From an uncultured Candidatus Micrarchaeota archaeon (GTDB lineage Archaea > Micrarchaeota > Micrarchaeia > Anstonellales > Bilamarchaeaceae): a stretch of DNA of 64,000 bases. Shown here one piece after another: positions 1 to 14,300 of this stretch. A program made the translations under genes and the position numbers. Below the pieces are notes generated by a model. The model was not told the origin of the DNA, searched no databases, and saw only the letters and a list, made by a program, of their open reading frames with translations. Positions within the stretch are counted from its first letter, which is position 1. Every line of letters begins with the position of its first letter. The stretch covers positions 1 to 64,000 of the forward strand of contig OY970229.1 in assembly GCA_963714085.1 (NCBI GenBank). Direction: 5' to 3'.

Positions 1-2330
1 AACGTGTACCTCAATTCCACCAACGAGACGTTCACCTTCAACTACACCTCGGCATCCCCGACAGCCAACTGCTCCCTCTACATAGGCGGCGTCCTGAACC
101 AGACAGTCTCCGCAATAGCAAACAACACCAACACGGCCTTCAATGTCACGGGCCTGACAAACGGCCTCAACAACTGGTCGATCAGCTGCACAGACCAGGC
201 AGGGAACACCAACTCCAGCGCAACAAGGAACTTCACCATAGACACCATCGCTCCTTCGATCAGCTTCATCAGTCCCGGACCCGGCTCTTATCTGAATTCC
301 ACCAACGAGACGTTCACCTTCAACTACACCTCGGCATCCCCGACAGCCAACTGCTCATTGTACATAGGCGGCGTCCTGAACCAGACAGTCTCCGCAATAG
401 CAAACAACACCAACACGGCCTTCAATGTCACGGGCCTGACAAACGGCCTCAACAACTGGTCCATCAGCTGCACTGACCAGGCGGGGAACACCAACTCCTC
501 CGCGACAAGGAACTTCACCATAGACACCATCGCTCCTTCGATCAGCTTCATCAGCCCTGCAGCCAACGTGTACCTCAATTCCACCAACGAGACGTTCACC
601 TTCAACTACACCTCGGCATCCCCGACAGCCAACTGCTCATTGTACATAGGCGGCGTCCTGAACCAGACAGTCTCCGCAATAGCAAACAACACCAACACGG
701 CCTTCAATGTCACGGGCCTGACAAACGGCCTCAACAACTGGTCCATCAGCTGCACAGACCAGGCAGGGAACACCAACTCCAGCGCAACAAGGAACTTCAC
801 CATAGACACCATCGCGCCTTCGATCAGCTTCATCAGCCCTGCTCCCGGCTCTTTCCTGAACTCCACCAACGAGACGTTCACCTTCAACTACACCTCGGCA
901 TCCCCGACAGCCAACTGCTCATTGTACATAGGCGGCGTCCTGAACCAGACAGTCTCCGCAATAGCAAACAACACCAACACGGCCTTCAATGTCACGGGCC
1001 TGACAAACGGCCTCAACAACTGGTCCATCAGCTGCACAGACCAGGCAGGGAACACCAACTCCAGCGCAACAAGGAACTTCACCATAGACACCATCGCGCC
1101 TTCGATCAGCTTCATCAGCCCTGCTCCCGGCTCTTTCCTGAACTCCACCAACGAGACGTTCACCTTCAACTACACCTCGGCATCCCCGACAGCCAACTGC
1201 TCATTGTACATAGGCGGCGTCCTGAACCAGACAGTCTCCGCAATAGCAAACAACACCAACACGGCCTTCAATGTCACGGGCCTGACAAACGGCCTCAACA
1301 ACTGGTCGATCAGCTGCACAGACCAGGCAGGGAACACCAACTCCAGCGCAACAAGGAACTTCACCATAGACACCATCGCTCCTTCAATCAGCTTCATCAG
1401 CCCTGCAGCCAACGTGTACCTCAATTCCACCAACGAGACGTTCACCTTCAACTACACCTCGGCATCCCCGACAGCCAACTGCTCATTGTACATAGGCGGC
1501 GTCCTGAACCAGACAGTCTCCGCAATAGCAAACAACACCAACACGGCCTTCAATGTCACGGGCCTGACAAACGGCCTCAACAACTGGTCGATCAGCTGCA
1601 CAGACCAGGCAGGGAACACCAACTCCAGCGCAACAAGGAACTTCACCATAGACACCATCGCTCCTTCAATCAGCTTCATCAGCCCTGCTCCCGGCTCTTT
1701 CCTGAATTCCACTAATGAGACGTTCACCTTCAACTACACCTCGGCATCCCCGACAGCCAACTGCTCCCTCTACATAGGCGGCGTCCTGAACCAGATAGTC
1801 TCCGCAATAGCAAACAACACCAACACGGCCTTCAATGTCACAGGCCTGACAAACGGCCTCAACAACTGGTCGATCAGCTGCACAGACCAGGCAGGGAACA
1901 CCAACTCCAGCGCAACAAGGAACTTCACCATAGACACCATCGCCCCTTCGATCAGCTTCATCAGTCCCGGACCCGGTTCCTATCTGAATTCCACCAACGA
2001 GACGTTCACCTTCAACTACACCTCGGCATCCCCGACAGCCAACTGCTCCCTCTACATAGGCGGCGTCCTGAACCAGACAGTCTCCGCAATAGCAAACAAC
2101 ACCAACACGGCCTTCAATGTCACAGGCCTGACAAACGGCCTCAACAACTGGTCGATCAGCTGCACAGACCAGGCAGGGAACACCAACTCCAGCGCAACAA
2201 GGAACTTCACCATAGACACCATCGCTCCTTCAATCAGCTTCATCAGTCCCGGACCCGGTTCCTATCTGAATTCCACCAACGAGACGTTCACCTTCAACTA
2301 CACCTCGGCATCCCCGACAGCCAACTGCTC
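1..2330 (+). repeat. Near-identical 282-bp (94-aa) coding tandem repeat, at least 8 copies, followed by diverged copies to ~3360
   Basis: aacgtgtacctcaattcc recurs at 1, 565 and 1411 (offsets are multiples of 282). Antisense ORFs in the track also recur every 282 bp. Confidence 0.97.
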
Positions 2331-5300
2331 TCTTTACATCAACGGAGTGCTGAACCAGACCAATTCCTCGGTGGCGAACAACACCAACACCGCATTCAAC
2401 GTCTCAGGCCTGCCCCAGGGTTCGGACAACTGGTCCGTGAGCTGCACCGACCAGGCAGGGAATACCAACTCCTCGGGGACCAGCAGCTTTACGATAGATA
2501 CAATCCCGCCAGTCGTCAGCCTCAACTCTCCAGCCAACCTTTCGATTTTCAACATTTCAAACGTGAATTTCAACTTCAAATCTGTAGATAGCCTGTCAGC
2601 GACAACCAGCTGCTCTATTTACGTAGATGGCGTCCTGAACCAAACTAACTCTTCTGTAATCAACAACACCGCTACCATCCTCACAATCAGCAGCATGTCC
2701 GACGGCAACCACACTTGGTACGTCGCTTGCAAGGACAATGCGAACAACACCGGAACCTCGGCAACCAGGAACTTCACCGTGGATACGACCGCCCCGGTAG
2801 TAACCCTCAACTCCCCGGCCAACCTGACGATCTCCAACTCCTCAAGCGTGACATTCAACTTCACGGCAACGGACAACCTCAATCTGGCAACCAGCTGCTC
2901 AATATACCTTGACGGCGTCCTTAACCAAACGAATGCTTCTACGCTGAACAATACCGCAACAGTCTTCACAATCAGCAGCATAAGCGACGGAAACCACACC
3001 TGGTACGTCGCGTGCAAGGACAAAGCCAACAACACCGGAGCTTCGGAAACCAGGAACTTCACCGTGGACACCACGACGCCGGTTGTAACCCTGAACTCCC
3101 CTGTCGAGGGCTTCAACACCTCAAACACATCGATAAGCTTCAACTTCACGGCAACGGACAACCTAGCCCTCGCAACCAACTGCTCCATCTATCTGGACGG
3201 CGCATTTAACCAAACGAACTCCTCCGTCGCCAACAACACCGCGACGCTGTTCACGGTCTCGGGAATCCCCGAGGGCGCCCACGCATGGAACGTGTCCTGC
3301 AGCGATGCAGCAGGGAACACGGGCGCAAGCGAAACCAGGAACTTCACCATCATACTGGCGAACGTCTCGACCCCGCAGTTCTCCCCGTCGCAGGTCTTCA
3401 AGAACACCACGCTCTCGGCCAATATAACGTATACGCAGCCGAACAACCTCACGGCCAATGTCACCTTCGAATGGTTCGTGGACGGCGTCAACGTATTCAA
3501 CCAGACCATAACCGGAGTGGCGAACGGCTCGAGTGCGGCAAGCAACATCACCGGCCAGTACTTCAACAAGAGCGATACGATATACGTCTCGGTCTTTGCC
3601 TTCGACGGCATCACGACATCACCGCTCCAGACCTCTGCCAATGTCACGGTCCAGAACACGCCCCCGGTCATCATCGCGCCGGTGCTGCTCCCGATAAGCC
3701 CGACCGACGCCGAGAACCTCACCGCGGCCTCGAACTACACGGATATCGACTCGGATTCCGGCACATTCACATTCGAGTGGTTCGTGAACGGGGCGAACGT
3801 GTACAACCAGACGATAAGCGGAGTGGCCAACGGCACCTCGGCGGTGAGCACTCTCTCCCCGGGCAACTTCTCGGCAGGGTCTTACGTGAACGTCACGGTG
3901 CAGGCCAGCGACGGGCAGAACCTCTCGCAGTCCTACTCGTCCAACACCGCATACATACTCTCATCCGTCCCGTCTCCGACGGACGCAATCATAGCATACC
4001 GCTCGAACAGCGGCGTCTACGGGGCGAACTCGCCCAAGGTCAGGTTCTGGAACGCGACCGGCAACGGCAATTGGGGCCCTGAGATAGAGCTACCCTCATC
4101 CGGCTCGCCGGTCCGCTATGCGATGGCGAAATGGTCGCCGATAACCACCAAGATAGTCGTGGTGTCATTGAGCGACGACGGGAACCTTGACGGCTACGTG
4201 TGCATGGCGAACTGCACCGTGGAGGGCAACTGGCAATACACGCCAGACATCGGGAACGTGTGGTCCACCCCGGCGTCCCAGAGGAGGTACGACCTCGCGT
4301 TCGAGTCCAACACCGGGAACCTTGTGCTTGTCTATGGGGTCAACGACCCCAACTCGGCCCACGACCTGGGCTACCGGGTCCTGCCTGCCAACTCCTCCAA
4401 CTTCTCGGGCATATCAGAGCAGTATATAGACGACACCGGCCACAGCACCGACATCCAATACACCTGGGTGCGCATGGCAAGCAAGCCGTCCCCGTCCACC
4501 GAGCTGATGATGACCGGCTTCGACACCACGGACGCCAACATCAACTCCTGGATATGGAACGGATCCGCCTGGGGCAACGAGATAGACCTCACGAACTCCA
4601 CGCCTTCGACCAACGGCGGGGAGGCGCTCGCGGTGGCCTACAGCTCAGACGGGAGCGTGGGCATGTCCATCGCAGGTGACGATTCCAACGGCAATGTCAA
4701 CAACCGCTATTGGAACGGCTCGGCCTGGTCCGCCACTAGCACGTTCGACATCGACGGCAGCAACCTGCATTCCGTGCGCTGGGCCAGCATGAAGGCCGAT
4801 CCGGCTTCGAATGCGCTGCAGGCGGTCTTCATAGACAGCGGGAACGAGCTGGAGACCGCATACTGGAACGGGACGGGCTGGAGCGTCACCTCCGGGATAG
4901 ACTTCGGGGTCGACAACTCACTAGCAAGGGACGCGGATTTCGCGTGGAACTCATCAGGCTCGGTCGGCAAGCTGGTCTGGGACACGGACGGAGTCGTAGG
5001 AAGCACGCTGAGCCAGATGGACTGCTCGCCGCAGTGCACCGGCGCCATATCCACGATCTCAACATACGCGGGCAGCGGCGAATGGCTCACGCAGTACTCT
5101 AGCCCCCTGTCATCCGGCCCGCGCATACTCTCGGCCAGGATAGGCTCGGGTTCCACCCTGGGCTCTTTCGAGTACAACGGCACCGGGTTCGCCAATTACG
5201 GCGATTCGGCGATAACCGCCAACTCGACGACCTCATACGAGAGCTATTCCATCGCCTTCAACATCACGGACATCACCCCGCCCTCCATAGCCTTCGTTGC

Positions 5301-8300
5301 CCCGACCTACGCGAACAACTCGACCATATACGTGAATTACACGTTCATCAACACCACGATAACGGATCAACTGGCCGCGTCCTCGGTGTACCTGGAATGG
5401 AACGGCACGAACGTGAGCATGAACTCCAGCAGCAAGACCAACTGGTACCTCAACGAGACCAACCTCGCCCCAGGGACCTACACCTACCGCGTGTACGCGG
5501 TGGATTACGCCGGGAACCAGAACGTGAGCGAGACGAGGACAATCACGATCAACACGTCCAACCCGACGATAACGTTCGTTCCTCCGACTCCCGCCAACGG
5601 CACATTCAGCAACGTGGGCCAGGCGTACGTGAACATCAGCTCGAACAAGCCGCTCGACACCGCGCTCCTGGAGTGGAACGGCACCAACTACACGATGTCG
5701 GGCTCTGGCGCAAACTGGTTCAGGAACATGACCGCTCTCGCGGACGGGACATACTCCTACAAGGTGTACGGCAACGACAGCGGCGACAACACGGGCGTGA
5801 GCGAGACGAGGACGCTCACCATCGGAAGCACCCCGCCTTCATGGAGCAGCCCGTTTGTCAACGAGACGCCCGTCTACTGGAACCAGACAGTCACTTTGAA
5901 CGCCTCCTGGAGCGACGACATCGGGCTCTCGGGATACATCTTCAGCACGAACATGAGCGGTGTGTGGGTGAACTACTCCTTTGTGCCGTTCGGAGGCCTC
6001 TCCAACACCTCGCTAAAGGTCCTGACCATAACCGCACCGCCGGGCTCAATCGTCGGCTGGTACTTCTGGGCCAACGACAGCACGGGCAACGCCAACCAGA
6101 CCGACGTCCAATCATTCACGGTGCAGAACCGGACCACCGCGCTGGCGTTCGGCGTCAACCAGACCAACTATCCCCAGGCCCAGCCCATAGGCACTGGCTA
6201 CGACGTCTACGTGCCGTTCCAGGTGGCGTACACCGATTCCCTCACGGGCCAGCCGGTGCAGGGCGCCAGCTGCAGCGTGTCCAACAGCGAGACCGCGGAC
6301 GTGATAAGCCTGGTGTACAACTCGAGCAGCGGCAACTACACCGGCCAGATGATAACCAGCAACCTCCACTCCCAGGTCTTCTTCAACGCCACCTGCTCAG
6401 AATCCAACTATTCAACCGCAGACAACTCGACCAACGCCAGCGTCACCTTCTACAATTATCTCTGGGCCTGGGAGAACCTATCCTACGACTCCAGCAACCT
6501 CACGGACATATACTGGCTGAGGCAACCGCCGCCCGCAGGCCCCACCGTGAACCTGACCAAGGAGCTGAACGTAACTGCAGGCGACAATCTGGTCCGCGAG
6601 TTCTACTTCTACAACACCGGGGCGAACGGCTCGTTCGCCAGGGACCTCACATTCCAAGGCACCCATTTCCTCAGGCTGAACGTGTCCATAAACGACACAG
6701 TCTGCCAGCCCTATCTCTCATACACCATCCAAGACTTCAACCTCAACGTCATCTATCAGGAGAACGAGAGCAGCACTCCGTCGCAATCAATACCGGTCGA
6801 CACGCCAACGCTGCTGGTGTTCAACGACAGCAACAGCGTCACCGCGAACCAGGGAGACTATCTGACCCTGAGGTACTACCTCAACTGCAGCGGCCCGGCC
6901 GACATCAGCACGTCCATGTTCCTCAACAACTCCGTCCTGCAGCCCAATTTCGAGGCCCCCGACGCGCAGCCATCCGTGGTATCGGAGACCCTGCTCAGCT
7001 ACAACCACCCGGCCAATTACCTCATCGGTCCGCAGCAGGCGCTCAATGTCACGAGATACTGGTCCTTCGAATTCAACAACACCGCGAACGCCACACAGGA
7101 TTACTCGTTCCAGTTCATCTCGCAGATACTCAGCCCGTATCCGGACAGCAACCTGAACGGGTCCATCTACGTATATAATTCGACAGGCGGGCTCTGGGCA
7201 AGCGACAACGTCTCGGTCAACGCCTCGAACGTGGCAATCGGCATGTCCGACAACTCGATCATCTGGACCACCGAGGAGCTGCCGCCCCAGGTGAATGTGA
7301 TAGAAAATCTCACCCGCGGCGTGCTCAACGCCATACGCGACAATGAGATCCTGGTTTCGACCAACCCGTACCAAACCGTGTGGAACGTCAGCGTCTATGA
7401 CGTGTTCATCCCGCAGCTCACGATATCCAACGTGACCGCGTTCACCAACTACTCGGCCTACAGCGTCCCGGACGGCTACAGGTTCTCCGTCAACTTCACC
7501 AACTCGAGCGGGACCTTCGACGTGACCAACCAGGCCTTGCTCAACGCGTCCGCCCATACACTGACCTTCCCGGCCGAGACCCTGGGCCCGCTCGCATTCA
7601 GCGTCACGGCCACGATAAACTCGTCGCCCAACATCAGCTTCGTAAGCCCGACGCCGGACAACAGCACCTCGTGGTCAAGGAACTGGACGTTCATCAACAT
7701 CACCGCGGACCGCAACCTCAGCTCGGCCGTCCTGGAGTGGAACGGCACGAACGTGAGCATGAACGGCTCTGCGACCGGCTGGTCCTTCAATGAGACCGGC
7801 CTCGCGGACGGTGTCTACACCTACAAGGTCTACGGCACGGACGGGTACAACAACACCGGAGTGAGCGAAACCCGAACCGTCACGATAGACACCACCGCAC
7901 CGGCGATAACCTTCGTGAGCCCGACCCCGGCGAACGGCTCGGTGAGGAACGTGAGCTGGGCGTACGTGAACATCACGTCCAGCCAGAACCTCAGCGCGGC
8001 GCTCCTGGAGTGGAACGGGACGAACTACACGATGGGCGGCTCGGGCACGAGCTGGTCCCTCAACCGGACCGGGCTCGCCGACGGCGTATATCCCTACAAG
8101 GTGTACGGCAACGACAGCGTGAACAATACCGGAGTGAGCGCGACGAGGTTCGTCACGATAGACACCACCGCGCCCTCCTGGAGCAACCCTGCGGTCAACC
8201 AGACCCCGGTCTACTGGAACCAGACCGTCACGTTCAACGCCTCCTGGGCCGACAACATCGCTCTCGCAGGTTACTTCTTAGCCATCAACCAGAGCGGCGT

Positions 8301-11300
8301 CTGGGTCAATTTCACATTCACGCAATTCGGAGGCCCCTCCAACACCTCGACCAAGGTCCGGACCATCACGGCAGTCCCGGGAACCGTCGTCGGCTGGTAC
8401 TTCTGGGCTAATGACACCGGGGGCAACAGCAACCAGACCGCCGTCCAGTCCTTCACGGTGCAGGCGAGGCCGACGAGCCTCGCATTCAACCTCAACCAGT
8501 CGGTCTACCAGCAGGGGAGCATACCCAACACCGGCTATGACATTAACGTCACATTCAACGCGCGCTATGTGGATAACCTCACGGGCCAGCCGGTGCAGGG
8601 CGCCAGCTGCAGCGTGACCGACAACGAGACCGGCGACAACGTCAGCCTCGCGTACAACCCTGCGACCGGCAACTACACCGGCATACTGAACGATTACCTG
8701 CTCTACGGCAACGTGGGCTTCAACGTGAGCTGCTTCGCAGCGAACTACACCAGCGCGGCCAACAGCACCGGCGCCAGCGTATGGTTCTTCGGCTATCTCC
8801 GCGACACGCAGAACATGAGCTACGGGAACGGGTCGCTGGGGAACACCACGTACTGGGTGACCCGCCAGAACGCCACGGGCCCGCTGGACATCCTGAACGT
8901 CAGCCTCAACGCCTCCGCTGGCAGCAACCTGGTCGCCCAGTTCCCGCTCAACGGCGAAGGGCCAAACGGCTCGATACTGACAGACTACCTCCTCCAGGGG
9001 CTCGAGTACCTGAACATGAACGTCTCCCTGGGCAGCTCCCTGGCCTCCAGCTGCCAGGCGTACCTGTGCGCCCAGCAGACGACCTTCAACTTCGTTCCGC
9101 TCCTGCAGGTGTGCACCCCGGAGCAGAGCCTAGCGGCCGACACGCCCACCGTGGTCTCCAACAGCGTGAACACCAATGTGACCCTCAACCAGGGCGACAT
9201 GCTATTCTTCCAGCTGTACGTCAACTGCAGCTCGCCCGTGTCCGGGAACGCGAGCGTGTACTACAATTACACCGGAGAGCCGGCCGCCCTGACCGCGACC
9301 TCCGCTGAGCCGACCCTCCTCAACAGCTTCATAGCCGCCCGCATCCAGCTTGAGAACAACTACACGATAGGGCCGGGACAGGAGCTCAACACCTCCAGGA
9401 CAGTGTACGTGACCTTCAACAATACGAACCCCACCCCGAAGTTCATACCATACGTCCTCGTTTCCCAGGTGCTCCCTCCATACCCGGACAGCAACATCCC
9501 CAACACCATCTACGTCTACAATTCCACCGGCGGCCTCTGGGCGAGCGACAACGTGAGCGCAGGGGCGCCCAATCCCGCGGTGTCGTATTCCGATAACTAC
9601 GTGGGCTGGGTGACCGAGACATTCCCGGGCGATTCCGTCCTGAACGAGACCATGGTGAAAGCTGTCCTCAACTCCATACGCGACAACGAGACGCTTGGCC
9701 TGAACACCACCGACGAGCAGATATGGAACATCTCGGTCTTCGACATCTTCAACCCGACGGTCACCCTCCACAACGTGACCGCCTTCACCAACTACTCCGC
9801 GTACGGGGCAGGAGACGGCTTCCACTTCCACGTAAGCATGACGAACTCGAGCGGGACGTTCGACATCTCCTCCTTAGTCGTGCAGAACACGACCGCGAAG
9901 ACTTTGACGTTCCCGACGTTCGACCTGGTAAGCGGGGCCAGCTACACCGTGGACGCGACATCCGGCGCAGCGCCAATCATCACGTTCGTGTCCCCCACGC
10001 CCGCCAACAACTCGGACAGGAACGCCAGCTGGGCGTTCATAAACGTCACATCGGACGAGAACCTCACCACCGCGCTCCTGGAATGGAACGGCACGAATGA
10101 ATCCATGGCAAACAGCTCGGCGACAGGCTGGTTCGACAACAAGACCGGGCTCTCCGACGGCACTTACACGTACAAGGTCTATGGGAACGACACCTACGGG
10201 AACACGGGCGTGAGCGAAACCCGCACCGTCACGATAGACACGACCGCGCCCTCCTGGAGCAGCTCCTCGGTCAACGAAACGCCGGTATACTGGAACCAGA
10301 CCGTCACGTTCAACGCCTCCTGGGCCGACAACATCGCTCTCGCAGGATACTTCTTCAGCACCAACCAGACCGGCGTCTGGGTCAATTCGACATTCACGCC
10401 GTTCGGAGGCCTCTCCAACACCTCCGCCAAGGTCCTGACCATAACCGCGGCTCCGGGAACTGTCGTGGGCTGGTACTTCTGGGCGAACGACTCGGCCGGC
10501 AACAGCAACCAGACGGACGTCGAGTCGTTCACGGTGCAGGCGAGGCCGACGACCCTCGCATTCAGCGTCAACCAGTCCGTGTACCAGCAGGGAAACATCC
10601 CGGCCACGGGCTACGATATCAACATCCCGTTCAACGCGCGCTACCTGGACAATCTCACGGGCCAGCCAATAGCCGGCGCGAACTGCAGCGTGACCGACAA
10701 CGAGACCAGCGACAACGTCACGCTCGTATACAATTCCACGAGCGGCAATTACACCGGAGCGATGAACGACTACCTGCTGTACGACAACGTCGGCTTCAAC
10801 GTGAGCTGCCACGCGGCGGACTACGCGAGCGCCTCGAACACCACGAACGCGACCATCTGGTTCTTCGGATACCTCTGGGACACGCAGAACATGAGCTACG
10901 GCAACGGGTCGCTGGGCAACACGACCGACTGGATACTCAGGCAGAACACTACCGGCCCCCTCGCCACCCTGAACGTGAGCCTCAACGCCTCTGCGGGCGG
11001 CAATCTCGTGGCCCAGTTCCCCCTCTTCGGAGAAGGGCCAAACGGCTCGGTCGTGACCGATTACCTGGTGCAGGGGCCCGAATACCTGAACCTGAACGCG
11101 TCCCTCGACAGCTCCCTCGCATCCAGCTGCCAGGCGTACCTGTGCGTGCAGCAGACGGACTTCAACTTCAACCCCCTCCTGCAGGTGTGCATACCCGAGC
11201 AGACCCTCGCAGCCGACACGGCTACCCTGCTGTCCGACAGCGTGGACGTCAATGTGACCCTGCTGCAGAGCAACATGCTCTTCCTCCAGCTGTACGTGAA

Positions 11301-14300
11301 CTGCAGCTCGCCCGTGTCCGGGAACGCGACCGTATATTATAATTACACGGGCGAGCCAGCCGCCCTGTCGGCGCAACGGACGATTCCCACTCTGCTCAAC
11401 AGCTTCATAGCGGCCCGCACCCAGCTGGAGAGCAACTACACGGTGGGGCCGGACCAGGACGTGAACATCACCAGGCTGATAACCATAACATTCAACAACA
11501 CCCAGCCCCATCCATTCTTCACGCAGTACATCTTCGTGAGCCAGATACTCGCCCCGTACCCCGACAGCAACATCCCGGACACCATATACATCTACAACTC
11601 CACCGGAGGCCTCTGGGCGAGCGACAACGTGTCGGCAGGAGCTCCCAACGCGGCTTTCTCGTATCCTAACAACTACGTGCAATGGGTGACCGAGACGTTC
11701 CCGGGCAGCGCGGTCCTAAACGAGACCATGCAGAAGGGCGTGCTGGACGGCATACGCGACAACGAGACCCTGGACATGAACACCAGCACCGAGCAGACCT
11801 GGGACATATCCGTCTACGACATCTTCAACCCGACGGTAACGTTCTACAACGTGGCCGCATTCACGAACTACTCCGCGTACGGCGCGCAGGACGATTCCCA
11901 TTTCTACGTCAACGTGACCAACAGCAGCGGCACGTTCGACATATCCTCTTTCATAGTGCAGAACACGACCGACAAGACGCTCACGTTCCCCGTGTTCAGC
12001 CTCGGCTCGGACGGGGTGAGCTTCACCGTGCACGCCACATCCGGCGCAGCGCCGCTCGTTACCTTCGTGCCTCCTACACCCGCCAACGACACCACCATCG
12101 GGCAGGACTGGGCGTACATCAACGTCACGTCCGACCGCAACCTCACCTTCGCCCTCCTCGAGTGGAACGGCACCAACGTGTCCATGAACGGCTCGGGCAT
12201 GGACTGGTCCTTCAACGAGACCGGCCTGCTCAACGGCACATACTCCTACAAGGCGTACGGGAACGACACGTTCGGCAACCTGGGCGTGAGCGAGACGAGG
12301 GTCCTCATGGTGGATCTCACCGCGCCGCAGATAAGCTTCACAAGCCCGACCCCTGTCAATGGCACGGTCCTGCCCAACAACTGGGCGTTCATAAACGTCA
12401 CATCGGACAAGAACCTCAGCGCCGCGCTCCTTGAATGGAACGGCACCAACATGTCCATGAGCGGCTCGGGAACGAACTGGTTCTACAACCAGACCGGGCT
12501 CGGGACCGGCACCTTCCGCTTCAAGGTCTACGGCAACGACAGCGTCGGCAACCGGAACGTGACGGAGACGAGGACCGTGGTATATCAGGTGCCGCCCTCG
12601 GTCATCGTCCTCTCGCCCCTGGGAGAGTCGCACTACCAGACCGCGCAGGTCTCCCTCTCAATAAACGCGACGGACGTTCTGGGGATAGACACCGCGATCG
12701 CGCAGGTGACCTACCCCAACGGCTCGGTGGTCAACGCAACACTGCACCCTGCGCAGCAGAGCGACGGCTTCTCCGCCAACACGCTCGGGACGGACTGGTT
12801 CAAGGAGAACGTCTCCATCGGCCCGTCGCAGGCCTGCATAGCCGACATCGATGCCACGTATCCGGGCAGGGCGTTCACCTCGCTCAGCGGGAACGGCGGG
12901 CCGGAGACGGACACCCTGTGCTCTCTGATAGCGAAAAAGACCATGGACGGGGATTTCGACATCAACATATCGTTCAACATCACCGGAGCGAGCGGCTCGG
13001 ACAACGCGCTCAATTTCGAGGCCATAGAGCGCAACAGCTCCGCGACCGCGGACGAGCTGGTGTTCATCTCACTTTCCAACTGGAGCGGCCTGGGCAGGAA
13101 CTACGAGGTCTATATGGCAGGGGAAAACTTCTCCGGCTACATCTACAGGCAGCCGACCAACGACACCTACGGCAAGATGAGGATAACGCGCTCCGGGAGC
13201 CTGTTCTCGTTCTACATATGGAACAACACCGCCAACGCATGGTACCTGGCCAATTCCTCCTACATGGCGATATGCAGGCCGCTATACCCGGCGTTCGAAT
13301 CCGAATCCACGCTGCCGGGCTGGGGCACGATGAACGTCACCTGGGACGATTTCGGCGCGTCCGGTGACAATGCCACGTTCACCAACTTCGGCGACACGCT
13401 GCAGCTGGGCCTGTACAACGTCACGTTCCTGGTGAACGACACCGCCGGGGCTGTGAACGACAGCGAGACCACCAACTTCACCGTCTTCTTCGAGGACCAG
13501 CCGCCGTCCAAGCCCCTCATCGTCAGTCCGCCGATAGGCGCGGTACTCAGGGGCATGCAGACGATCGCATGGTCGCCGATCTACGACTACGAGAACGACT
13601 CCATGAACTTCAACATCACCCTGCTCAACCCGGACGGCTCGGACAACGCCACCATCGTGTCGGATTACGGGGACATCAACACCACGGGCTACCCGTGGAA
13701 CACCAGCCTGTTCCCGGACGGCCGGTTCTCCATCCGCGTCACGGTCTTCGAGAACGAGACGCCGGAGCACCTGGAGAACAGCTTCACCATGCCCGGCACG
13801 TTCTACATAGACAACCAACCGCCTTCGGTGGTCGTCATCTACCCGCAAGGCGATTACGAGCCCCAGAGGAGCATGGTTTCCATCTCCACCAACCTCACTG
13901 ACCTCTTCGGGATATCGTCCGCCATAGCCCAGGTCACCGAGCCCAACGGCTCCATGGTCAATGTGACGCTGGGCAAGGGCCAGCAGAGCGACAATTTCAC
14001 CTTTGACAGCGTCGGGACGAACTGGACCAAGGAGGATATCCTGCTCGGACCGTCCGAGACCTGCATAGCCGATATCGACACGTCCGTGGCAGGCGCGGCG
14101 TACACCTCGCTCACCGGAGACGGGACCCCGCAGTCGGACGCGCACTGCATGCTCACCTCCGCAAGGCCGATAGACGGCGATTTCGACATCCAGGTGTCCT
14201 TCGACGCGGGGAGCATGGCGGGCACGGACCACGCGGCCAACCTAGTCCTTACGGAGGCGCCCCCTACTTCCCAGACATCAGAGGTCATCTACATCGCCAG

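Noticed and set aside
1..2330. Regular repeats as a possible CRISPR array or non-coding satellite
   Set aside because: The units are 282 bp, contiguous, in frame and have no unique spacers; they are coding repeats.
5397..11682. Long alternative-frame and antisense ORFs (5397..7178 +, 9874..11682 -) and many similar ones over the large genes
   Set aside because: They are Arg/His/Gln- or Val/Gly-rich shadow translations expected from strong C/G third-position bias, with no recognisable motifs.
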